Source: an uncultured Candidatus Actinomarina sp. | GTDB lineage: Bacteria; Actinomycetota; Acidimicrobiia; Actinomarinales; Actinomarinaceae | DNA length: 64,000 nucleotides | Reading direction: 5' to 3' | Assembly (NCBI GenBank): GCA_902510055.1 | Contig: CABWZY010000002.1 | Coordinates: 4,183-68,182, forward strand | Program-made: the position numbers and the translations under genes | The notes under the pieces: model-generated | Seen by the model: only the letters and a program-made list of their open reading frames with translations | Database searches by the model: none | What the model was told of the DNA's origin: nothing | In this document: one piece after another, positions 48,623 to 57,013 of the stretch | Layout of the letters: each line of letters opens with the position of its first letter | Numbering within the stretch: position 1 is the stretch's first letter

Positions 48623-49363
48623 ATGAAAATTGATAAAGTTATTCTTGCTTCCAATGATAATCCAGAGTATTTAGATTTTTGGCCCCTTGTTTCAGAAGCA
48701 TGGGAGAGGCTTGGTGTTGAACCAGTACTTATCTACACAGGGAAAGAAAAAATAGATCTTCCAGGTGAAGTAATCCATTTTTATGTTGAAGGGGTAGATC
48801 CAGTTTTTGTAGCTCAAAATATAAGAATATTGATGCCTGCTTTATATCCAGAACATAATGCAATTACAGCCGATATTGACGACCTTCCTCTTTCAAAGAA
48901 ATATTTTATAGATAATGTAAAAGATATACCAGATCATATGTTTGTTGTTTATAGGTGGGGATTTATTACTGAAACAATGATTCCTATTTGTTGGACACTA
49001 GCAAAAGGAACTACTTGGCAGAAGATATTCAATATTAAAAATGAAAATGATATTATAAATAAATTAATTTCTTGGTACCCACTTAATTATAGAAAAGGTC
49101 ATAAAAATTGGTATACAGACCAGTTGAAGTTAAAGAAGTATATTTCAAAATATGACATCGACAACCCAAGAGAGGTCCTTTATTTTACAGATCAGATGTT
49201 ACATTTCAATAGAATAGATAGGAATGAATTAGATGGTGTTTTATACAATTTAAGTGAAAAAAAAGTAGAATATTCTGATTTTCATATGCCAATACCATAT
49301 AGTCAATTTGAAGAAACAATTAATGAAGTTTATAGATTATCGAAAAAAAATGGATATATTTAA
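48623..49363 (+). CDS. Hypothetical DxD-containing protein (possible GT-A-like)
   Basis: 246 aa. ITADIDDLPL gives a DxD-like motif after a beta-strand. No family recognised. Confidence 0.4.
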   Translation: MKIDKVILASNDNPEYLDFWPLVSEAWERLGVEPVLIYTGKEKIDLPGEVIHFYVEGVDPVFVAQNIRILMPALYPEHNAITADIDDLPLSKKYFIDNVKDIPDHMFVVYRWGFITETMIPICWTLAKGTTWQKIFNIKNENDIINKLISWYPLNYRKGHKNWYTDQLKLKKYISKYDIDNPREVLYFTDQMLHFNRIDRNELDGVLYNLSEKKVEYSDFHMPIPYSQFEETINEVYRLSKKNGYI

Positions 49364-50165
49364 AAAAACTATAAACGAAATAGGAAAGTTTCTAACAGAT
49401 TTATATTTGATTTTATTTTTTTTCTTTAAGAAAAAGAACAACGAAGATGATTTCTCAATCCTTACTGCTTCTGACTCTACGCATTTTAATAGTCTTGTAA
49501 ATCTTCTTACTTCTTTAAGCAAATATGAGAAAGATACAAAAGTAAAAATATTTAATCTTGGTTTAACAGGAGAAGAGAAAAATTACCTTTTAAATAATTT
49601 TAATTATGAGGTTGTAGATTTTGAATTTAATAAATATCCAGAATTTGTAAGAAGAAGAGATAAGTTTAATAAATTGGGTTCTTATTCGTGGAAACCGATA
49701 ATTATATATGAAGAATATAAAAAAAATACTGAGAATTTAATTTGGCTAGATGCTGGATGTTTAATTAATAAGAATTTAAAACTTATTAAAAATATAATTT
49801 TGAAAAATGGATTTTACTCACCACAAAGTTCCGATAATGTTAAAAGATGGACTCACGAAAGCACCTTATTGAAATTAAAAGTACCTAAAGAGTTTTACAA
49901 GAAAAGAAATATAAGTGGCGGTATATGTGGATTTTCTCATAACTCTGTCTTAATAAAGAATTTAATTTCTGATTGGTATAAGTATTCAATAAATAAAGAA
50001 ATAATTTCACCTCCTGGAAGTAGTAGACTCAATCACCGACAAGACCAAGCACTGCTGACTCTTTTAGTGCACTTTTATCAACTTTCAAACTCAACACCTA
50101 GAGGCCATCGTATTTTTGGGATTTTAAGACATCAAGATGATGAAGAATATAAATATTTACAATAG
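49350..50165 (+). CDS. Hypothetical glycosyltransferase-like protein (WKP / RxDQ motif family)
   Basis: The preferred start MDIFKK at 49350 overlaps the upstream stop (ATGGATATATTTAA). Motifs SWKPIII, IWLDAG and HRQDQALLTLL are shared with 56112-57005. Confidence 0.4.
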   Translation: MDIFKKTINEIGKFLTDLYLILFFFFKKKNNEDDFSILTASDSTHFNSLVNLLTSLSKYEKDTKVKIFNLGLTGEEKNYLLNNFNYEVVDFEFNKYPEFVRRRDKFNKLGSYSWKPIIIYEEYKKNTENLIWLDAGCLINKNLKLIKNIILKNGFYSPQSSDNVKRWTHESTLLKLKVPKEFYKKRNISGGICGFSHNSVLIKNLISDWYKYSINKEIISPPGSSRLNHRQDQALLTLLVHFYQLSNSTPRGHRIFGILRHQDDEEYKYLQ

Positions 50166-50236
50166 AAATTTAACTTAATAAAATTGATTAAATCATGAAA
50201 AAACAATTTTCAATATATAAAAAGCAGAGTGTTTAA

Positions 50237-50947
50237 TTGGGTAAACTAGTATCAGTAATTATTCATAGTTATAACAGGTATGATTATCTTGAAAATGCTA
50301 TATCAAGTGTATTGAATCAAACATTTGACGATTTTGAAATAATTTTAATTAATGATGAGTCTACTGATGAAAGATATTATAAAAACAACTTCGGCAAAAA
50401 AGTTCAACAGATAGATATAAAAAGAAATGAACATCCTAGGTGGACTGGATCAAGACAAGCTTTAATCAATATTGGTGTAGAAAAGGCTAAAGGAAAGTAC
50501 ATCGCTTTATTAGATGATGATGATTATTGGATGGAAAAAAAGCTTGAGATTCAAATTGGAGAAATGGAAAAAAAATATTTTAAATTTTCATCAACAGAGG
50601 GTTATTTTGGTTTAGGAAAATTTAATCCTGAAGAAAAATACGATCTTTACAACAGGGGACATTTTAATAAAGTGCTAAAAAAGAAATACAGATGGACTAA
50701 ATATTTAAAAACTGGAAAGCTCCCAAATATTTGGGATGAGGAATTTTTAAAAATTCATAATTGTGTAATAAAATCAAGTGCTGTGATTGAAAAAGATTTG
50801 TTAAAAATGGTAGGAGGGTTTAGAGGCCTACCTAAAAAAACAGATTATGATTGCTGGTTAAATGTAATCAAGTTAGTTGACTTACTCTATATAGATGAAC
50901 CTCTTTTTTATTATGACGGGGCCCATGGCTCAGGGCAATATTATTAA
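50237..50947 (+). CDS. Glycosyltransferase family 2
   Basis: TTG start. VSVIIHSYNRYDYL...LINDESTDE...ALLDDDDYW. Confidence 0.8.
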   Translation: MGKLVSVIIHSYNRYDYLENAISSVLNQTFDDFEIILINDESTDERYYKNNFGKKVQQIDIKRNEHPRWTGSRQALINIGVEKAKGKYIALLDDDDYWMEKKLEIQIGEMEKKYFKFSSTEGYFGLGKFNPEEKYDLYNRGHFNKVLKKKYRWTKYLKTGKLPNIWDEEFLKIHNCVIKSSAVIEKDLLKMVGGFRGLPKKTDYDCWLNVIKLVDLLYIDEPLFYYDGAHGSGQYY

Positions 50948-51900
50948 TTTTTACTTAATTTATTAAATAACTCAAGATATTCTTTACACATTACTTCTGA
51001 GGTATATGGATAAAATTTCATTTTTTTCTTAAATTTTTCAAAATACTCAATCATATAGTCAAGTCTTTCTTCAAAATTATCTATATTAACTTCTAATCCA
51101 TATTCATTACAATATTCATGTATTCCACCACTATTTATATAAAGTACTGGCAAACCACATAAAGCACCTTCTATATGATGGTTCCCAGAAGGCTCATTTA
51201 ATGATCCTGTAATATATATGTCATGTTGTTTTATTTCATTTGCAAGTTCTAAACCTGACATTGGTTTAATTATTTTTGTATTTTTAAAATCATAATTTTT
51301 ATCAACATTCCCTATATAGGTAAATTCAATTTTATTCATCCAATAGTTTTCAGATAAAATATTATCAATTAACAAGTAAAGTTCAAAACCTTTCAGCCAG
51401 TTAGAACTCCAATGATGAGTTACTAATTTTATTTTATTGTTTGGGGATTTCTCAGTTCTTCCAACTGAGTTGAAAATTGAAGAATTAGAACCAGACATTA
51501 TTACGGAGCTTTTATTTTTATTAAGTCCTAGTTTCAAATAAATCTCTTGAAGCCAACTACTAACAAACACAACATGGTCAGCAATATTTGTAGACTCAAG
51601 GTATAAATTATTTACACCAGTAGTTTCCTTTCTTTCGTCACATTCATTAATTCTTTGTACAATGATTGTTTTATTGTTAACTTTCTTTTTGTATTTTTTT
51701 ATTTGTTTTTCCCTAAAGGTTGAAGTAGATCCCCTTCCAGTTCGAGGGTCTGTGAAAAGTATTACATCTATATCATCATCTTTTAGGTCAAAAACAACTT
51801 CATGGCCATTCTCGTTTAAGTAATTCATTAAGTTTATTAAAAATAAATTACCGCCGCCCCAAGGCCCTTCTACAATTTCTGATCCAAAACTAATTTTCAT
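50944..51900 (-). CDS. Glycosyltransferase, GT-B fold
   Basis: 318 aa. WGGGNLFLINLMNYLNENGHEV at the N-terminus and SLNEPSGNHHIEGALCGLPVLY in the donor-binding region. Confidence 0.6.
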   Translation of the reverse strand: MKISFGSEIVEGPWGGGNLFLINLMNYLNENGHEVVFDLKDDDIDVILFTDPRTGRGSTSTFREKQIKKYKKKVNNKTIIVQRINECDERKETTGVNNLYLESTNIADHVVFVSSWLQEIYLKLGLNKNKSSVIMSGSNSSIFNSVGRTEKSPNNKIKLVTHHWSSNWLKGFELYLLIDNILSENYWMNKIEFTYIGNVDKNYDFKNTKIIKPMSGLELANEIKQHDIYITGSLNEPSGNHHIEGALCGLPVLYINSGGIHEYCNEYGLEVNIDNFEERLDYMIEYFEKFKKKMKFYPYTSEVMCKEYLELFNKLSKN

Positions 51901-51977
51901 AAAATTCTCTACTATAAATAATAAGATTACAATATTTTTCTGTTGTAAAATTATTACTTTATTATATTAAGAATTAC

Positions 51978-52052
51978 GGGGGCGTGGTAAAGTCTGGAGT
52001 TTACGCCTGCCTGTCACGCAGGAGGTCGCGGGTTCGAATCCCGTCGTCCCCG
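51978..52052 (+). tRNA. tRNA-Asp (anticodon GUC)
   Basis: Acceptor GGGGGCG/CGTCCCC, anticodon arm CCTGC-CTGTCAC-GCAGG, T-arm GCGGG-TTCGAAT-CCCGT, discriminator G. Confidence 0.9.
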
Positions 52053-52057
52053 CTTAA

Positions 52058-52130
52058 GGCCAGATAGCTCAGTCGGTAGAGCACTTGTCTGAAAAACAAG
52101 GGGTCGGCAGTTCGATTCTGCCTCTGGCCA
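52058..52130 (+). tRNA. tRNA-Phe (anticodon GAA)
   Basis: Acceptor GGCCAGA/TCTGGCC, D-arm GCTC-AGTCGGTA-GAGC, anticodon arm CTTGT-CTGAAAA-ACAAG, T-arm GGCAG-TTCGATT-CTGCC, discriminator A. Confidence 0.9.
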
Positions 52131-52238
52131 CTAGGGTTTTCTGGTATCCGAATCAAAAACTAAATAATATCACTCTGAAGATTTTGGTTTCGTAAATACA
52201 TATATATTAAATTATTACTTAATTGTTATACTTGCTTT

Positions 52239-52964
52239 ATGTTAAAAACTTTAATCCTTGCAGGTGGTAAGGGAACAAGAATTAAAGAGTATACCGAAAA
52301 CATTCCGAAGCCTTTAATTGAAGCAAATGGTAAACCACTATTTATGCACATAATTAAGAATTACGAAAAATACGGTGTAAATTTTTTTGCTTTATTGGGA
52401 GGGTATAAACAAGAAGAATTGGTTAAATATCTAGAATCTAATTTTAAAAAAATATCGAAAAATGAAAATTTGTTTCAACTAGAGACTTTATCAAAAGTGC
52501 TTGTACTTGATACAGGCCAGCAAAGCATGACAGGCGGAAGGATAAGAGTTGCTTTAGATTATTTTGAGGATGCAGAATTTTTCTTAACATACGGTGATGG
52601 AATTTCTGATATAAATATAGGTAATCTATTTGCTTTTTTTAATAAAACCAAAAAGCTCGCAACTGTAACAGCTGTTCAACCAAAAGCTAGATTTGGAAGT
52701 TTAAAGTTATCTGAAAACGATGTTATTGAATTTAATGAAAAAGTTGACAATAAAGATACTTGGATAAACGGAGGATTTTTTGTCATAAAAAGAGAAATAA
52801 AAGAAATAATTAAAAATGAAATGACTCTTTTTGAAAAAGAACCTCTTGAACATTTAGCAAAAACATCAAATTTATCTGCATATAAACATACTGGTTTTTG
52901 GCAACCCGTTGATACTATTAGAGATCTTGAAATTCTCGAAATATATTTAAAAAATGACAAATAA
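52239..52964 (+). CDS. rfbF: Glucose-1-phosphate cytidylyltransferase
   Basis: LILAGGKGTRI...PKPLIE..GKP, DTGQQSMTGGRI, LTYGDGISD, INGGFFVI and GFWQPVDTIRD are collinear with Salmonella RfbF. Confidence 0.9.
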   Translation: MLKTLILAGGKGTRIKEYTENIPKPLIEANGKPLFMHIIKNYEKYGVNFFALLGGYKQEELVKYLESNFKKISKNENLFQLETLSKVLVLDTGQQSMTGGRIRVALDYFEDAEFFLTYGDGISDINIGNLFAFFNKTKKLATVTAVQPKARFGSLKLSENDVIEFNEKVDNKDTWINGGFFVIKREIKEIIKNEMTLFEKEPLEHLAKTSNLSAYKHTGFWQPVDTIRDLEILEIYLKNDK

Positions 52965-53997
52965 AGCTGATAAAAAATTTTGGAAAGATAAAAAAGTCCT
53001 TATTACAGGTCATACAGGGTTTAAAGGAAGCTGGTTAAGTTTAATTCTTAACTTATTAGGTGCTGAAGTTTACGGACTTTCAAATAAAAAAAATGAAAAC
53101 TTTTATCAATTTATTGAAGATAAAAATATTTTTAAAAAAGAATACTTTATTGATTTAAACATTGAAGAATCGTCACATATAACAAAAGAATTAGAAAAAT
53201 ATGAAATAGAAATAATTTTTCATTTTGCTGCTCAAAGCCTAGTTTCTGTTGCATATAAGTTTCCAGAAGAAACTATGAAAACAAATATAATGGGTACTTA
53301 CAAGATATTAGATTTCTTCAATAGTTCAATTACCACAAAACTTTTAACAATCTCAACTACTGATAAAGTTTACAAAAATCCCGCAAAGAATAATAAAGAG
53401 GAAGACATGCTTGGTTTTAATGAGTTTTACAGCTTTAGTAAGTTCATGAAAGAAAATTTAATTCAACTCTTCTCTGAAAATAAATTATCTTCAAATAAAG
53501 AAATAAATATAATTCGTTCTGGAAATGTTCTTGGTGCCTGGGATAGAGGTGAGGACAGAATACTAACTAATTATTTTGACTCTTTTAAAAACGAAAAAGA
53601 AATAATTTTACGTAACCCCAATTCAGTTAGGCCATGGATACATGTATTTGATTCACTCAATGGCTACCTTCTTAGTAGTGAATATTGTTATGAAAATAGA
53701 ACATCTGAAATATTTAACCTCTCATCTGATGCAAAACAAACTACAGTATCTGAGTTGTTAAATGAATTTGATAATGAGCTTAACAAAAAAATCAAGTCTA
53801 TAACCACAAAGACATCTGACTTAATTGAAACTGATATATTAAAAATCGATTCAACAAAAGCTAAAAATGTTTTAAATTGGGAAGCAGAAATAGACATTAA
53901 AAATTTGGCCAAACTTGTCTCTGAAGTTGAAAAAAATAACCCTAGGGATATTTTTGATATAGCAGAAAGACAGATAACGAATTACTTTAACTTATAA
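52954..53997 (+). CDS. rfbG: CDP-glucose 4,6-dehydratase
   Basis: FWKDKKVLITGHTGFKGSWLSLIL and later SDR-extended blocks match RfbG/DdhB. Confidence 0.85.
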   Translation: MTNKADKKFWKDKKVLITGHTGFKGSWLSLILNLLGAEVYGLSNKKNENFYQFIEDKNIFKKEYFIDLNIEESSHITKELEKYEIEIIFHFAAQSLVSVAYKFPEETMKTNIMGTYKILDFFNSSITTKLLTISTTDKVYKNPAKNNKEEDMLGFNEFYSFSKFMKENLIQLFSENKLSSNKEINIIRSGNVLGAWDRGEDRILTNYFDSFKNEKEIILRNPNSVRPWIHVFDSLNGYLLSSEYCYENRTSEIFNLSSDAKQTTVSELLNEFDNELNKKIKSITTKTSDLIETDILKIDSTKAKNVLNWEAEIDIKNLAKLVSEVEKNNPRDIFDIAERQITNYFNL

Positions 53998-54800
53998 TGA
54001 ATATTTTAATTTCTGGATCTTCATCTTATGTAGGTAGAAAAGTATTAGAGAATTTAAATGCAAATTATTTTTGTTTAATTAACAAAAATTCAAAATCTGA
54101 TATAAATTTAAAAAATAGTGATAAATTCATAATTTCTCAAATACATAAAATTAATAAAGATATCAAATTTGATTATTTTTTTCATTTTGCAGGGTCCTCT
54201 TCAAAGCAATATTCATTAATTAATAATTTTTATGTTTCAGTATTTATTCCACTAAAAATAATATTTAATTTTCAGATAGATAAAGTAGTTTTCCTAGACA
54301 CATATTGGCAATTTTTACTAAACAAACAAATGAACTTGTATGTAATTTTTAAGAAAATAAATAATCTAATATTTTATATTTTTAGTTCTAAATTTAATTA
54401 TAAATATATGAGAATATTTCTAGGCGACTTATATGGAGACAATGACTCAAGAGAAAAAATTGATAAATTTTTAATTAAAAATCAATATGCAAATGAAATT
54501 ATTCTCAATTCAAGTAGTAAAACAGCTATATTCCCAATTCATATTAAAAATTTTATTAATTTTATTAATAATTTAGAATCTAATTTTAATTTTTATAGAT
54601 ATATAAAGATTAACTTTTTTGGAAATGGAATTTTACTAAAAGAATATGTAGATATCTTTTTGTCAACAATTCAAAATCAACCGAGAATTATTTATAAAGG
54701 TAAAGTAAAAAATAAAATTATGAAATCAAATTCACATTTTTCTCTTTTACCAATTAATTATCGAAAAGAATTAACAAATCACTTTAATACTGAGATATAA
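53997..54800 (+). CDS. RfbJ/RfbS-like short SDR (putative CDP-3,6-dideoxyhexose 4-reductase), divergent
   Basis: 267 aa. ILISGSSSYVGRKV (degenerate Rossmann), FHFAGSS...IPLKII...VVFLDTYWQF and MRIFLGDLYGDND parallel Salmonella RfbJ blocks from memory. Confidence 0.45.
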   Translation: MNILISGSSSYVGRKVLENLNANYFCLINKNSKSDINLKNSDKFIISQIHKINKDIKFDYFFHFAGSSSKQYSLINNFYVSVFIPLKIIFNFQIDKVVFLDTYWQFLLNKQMNLYVIFKKINNLIFYIFSSKFNYKYMRIFLGDLYGDNDSREKIDKFLIKNQYANEIILNSSSKTAIFPIHIKNFINFINNLESNFNFYRYIKINFFGNGILLKEYVDIFLSTIQNQPRIIYKGKVKNKIMKSNSHFSLLPINYRKELTNHFNTEI

Positions 54801-56070
54801 ATTCTTTTGTAGACTTTATCACAAAATCTAACATTTCAGTGCTTAAGCCAGGATAAACTCCCAACCAAAATGAATTGTTCATAACTATGTCTGAATTATT
54901 AAGTTCATATGGAATTTTAAATTTAATATCTTCATACGCTGGTTGCAGAGAAATGTTTCCACCAAATAATAATCTTGTGCCTATATTTTTCTCATCATAA
55001 AATTTTATTAATTCTAGTCGAGAATATTTTGCTTTTTTATTTAAAGTAATTGGAAAACCAAACCAGCTTGGAGAAGACTTCTCATATGATTCTGCAAGGT
55101 TAAAACTTTCAATATCTGAAAAATTTTCATATAAATAATTAAAATTTCGAATCCTTTTTTCTCTAAATTGATCTAATTTTTGAATTTGACTTAAACCTAT
55201 AGCAGCTTGAATGTCTGTTGCCTTTAAGTTATAACCAATATTTGAGTAGATATATTTATGATCATAGCCGTGTGGCAAGCCACCCAACTGCCAATCATAT
55301 CTTTTTTTACAAGTATTATCTTTTCCGGGTGGACAATAACAGTCTCTACCCCAGTCTCTTAACGATTCTAATATTTTTTTCAATTTTGTATTACTGGTAC
55401 AAACTGCTCCTCCCTCACCTGTTGTTATGTGATGTGCAGGGTAAAAAGATAAGGTTGAAACATCTCCAAAGGTTCCTGTGAAATCATCGCCATACTTTGA
55501 TGAGAAGGCATCACAATTATCCTCCATTAAAAATAAGTTATATGTTTCGCATATTCTTTTAATATCATCTAGTTGAAAAGGATTCCCTAGAGTATGGGCT
55601 ACTACTATGCCTTTTGTTTTGTTAGTGATAGAATTCTCTACTAACTCTGGCAAAATATTTAAAGTGTTTAAGTCCACATCAATTAAGACTGGGACTAGCC
55701 CATTTTGAATTATTGGATTTATAGTAGTTGGAAAACCAACAGAACATGTAATTACTTCATCGCCATGCTGTAAATTATTTAGCACCTTTAGGCCTGTCAA
55801 AGCCAAAAGATTAGCAGAAGAACCACTATTAACCATTAATGTGTGTCTAGTATTTAAATAATTTGAAATAGCTTTTTCAAATTTATCTTGATAATCACCA
55901 GATGTTAACCAAGCATCTAAGCAAGCTTCTATTGCATTATGTATGTCTTCTTGATCTAAAACTTTTCCAGTCACAGGTATTTTTGTTACTATCGGAAGAA
56001 AATTATCTTTAGGATTAGATAAATTAGCATAGTTTGTAATTAGTTCAGATATATTATCTTTTTTATTCAC
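54784..56070 (-). CDS. rfbH: CDP-6-deoxy-L-threo-D-glycero-4-hexulose-3-dehydrase (E1, RfbH/DdhC)
   Basis: 428 aa, DegT fold. The PLP-Lys position is His (SFYPAHHITTGEGG). Cys spacing is C186-X57-C244-X1-C246-X7-C254. Confidence 0.88.
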   Translation of the reverse strand: MNKKDNISELITNYANLSNPKDNFLPIVTKIPVTGKVLDQEDIHNAIEACLDAWLTSGDYQDKFEKAISNYLNTRHTLMVNSGSSANLLALTGLKVLNNLQHGDEVITCSVGFPTTINPIIQNGLVPVLIDVDLNTLNILPELVENSITNKTKGIVVAHTLGNPFQLDDIKRICETYNLFLMEDNCDAFSSKYGDDFTGTFGDVSTLSFYPAHHITTGEGGAVCTSNTKLKKILESLRDWGRDCYCPPGKDNTCKKRYDWQLGGLPHGYDHKYIYSNIGYNLKATDIQAAIGLSQIQKLDQFREKRIRNFNYLYENFSDIESFNLAESYEKSSPSWFGFPITLNKKAKYSRLELIKFYDEKNIGTRLLFGGNISLQPAYEDIKFKIPYELNNSDIVMNNSFWLGVYPGLSTEMLDFVIKSTKEFISQY

Positions 56071-56111
56071 TAATACAGTTTAATGCTTAAAAGAAAAATT
56101 ATAATTTTCTT

Positions 56112-57005
56112 ATGGGTAAAAAATATTTTGTGACTTTTGGATCAAAAGATTTTAAATTACAAAGAAAACATATAGCTAATTTAGTAAAAAATTCTGGATT
56201 TTATGATGAATCTATTGAAATGGGGCCAGAAGACCTCACGCCAGATTTTAGAAATAAATTTTCTGAAATACTTAAGATAAAAAGAGGGTATGGTTTTTGG
56301 ATATGGAAAGTTGATGTTCTTAATCAATTACTTTCAGAAATTAAATTTGGTGACTCAATCACTTATTCCAGTGCGGGATCTAGTTTTAACCCACTCGGAA
56401 TAGACAGGCTTAATTATTACTTTGAACTTTTAGAGTCCTCAAAAAGTGGTAACTTACGCTTTCGACTTCCAGCATTTAAAGAATATGAATGGACGAGCAA
56501 AGAAATATTTGACTACTTTAAAGTGGATAGAAATTCAAAAATAGCTAATTCTGATCAGTTTTCTGCAAACACACTGTTTATGAAAAAAAATGAAGTTTCA
56601 TTAAATATTGTTAATGGATTTTTAGATATTATTAATCATGATCCAAAAATAATAACACTTGAATACGATAGAATTAATCAAATTAATGGTTTTAAAGAAA
56701 ACAGAAGTGACCAAAGCATTTTAAGTGTTCTCAGTAAATTAAATGGAGTAGAAACGATACTTGATCAAGAGCAAAATTTCAGTCAATTTGATATGAGTCA
56801 GTTTCAATATCCATTTTTGACAGTTAGGCAAAGAAAATATAATATTTTTAGCAAATTATTGTTTTATTTAAATTATAAAAAAAGAATAAATTCTCCAATA
56901 TACTTTTATCGAAAAATTACCATCATAGACAAACTTATATATCATATGAAAAGAGAAAAAATTAAAGAGCATATAAAAAAATTATTAAATTTTTTAAAAG
57001 GATAA
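56112..57005 (+). CDS. Hypothetical glycosyltransferase-like protein (WK / RxDQ motif family)
   Basis: 297 aa. FWIWKVDVL, YSSAG, EWTSKEIFDYFKV and NRSDQSILSVL align with 49350-50165. Confidence 0.4.
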   Translation: MGKKYFVTFGSKDFKLQRKHIANLVKNSGFYDESIEMGPEDLTPDFRNKFSEILKIKRGYGFWIWKVDVLNQLLSEIKFGDSITYSSAGSSFNPLGIDRLNYYFELLESSKSGNLRFRLPAFKEYEWTSKEIFDYFKVDRNSKIANSDQFSANTLFMKKNEVSLNIVNGFLDIINHDPKIITLEYDRINQINGFKENRSDQSILSVLSKLNGVETILDQEQNFSQFDMSQFQYPFLTVRQRKYNIFSKLLFYLNYKKRINSPIYFYRKITIIDKLIYHMKREKIKEHIKKLLNFLKG

Positions 57006-57013
57006 AAATCTAA

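Noticed and set aside
49330-49430. A8 and T8 homopolymer tracts (and similar tracts elsewhere in GT genes) as phase-variation switches
   Set aside because: Such tracts occur throughout this AT-rich sequence, including core genes. Only the intergenic C7 tract at 59171-59177 is compositionally unusual, and it is covered in the findings.
50187-50228. 13-codon ORF (MKKQFSIYKKQSV) upstream of the GT2 gene at 50237
   Set aside because: Too short, with no ribosome-binding site and no supporting feature. It is likely chance in a promoter region.
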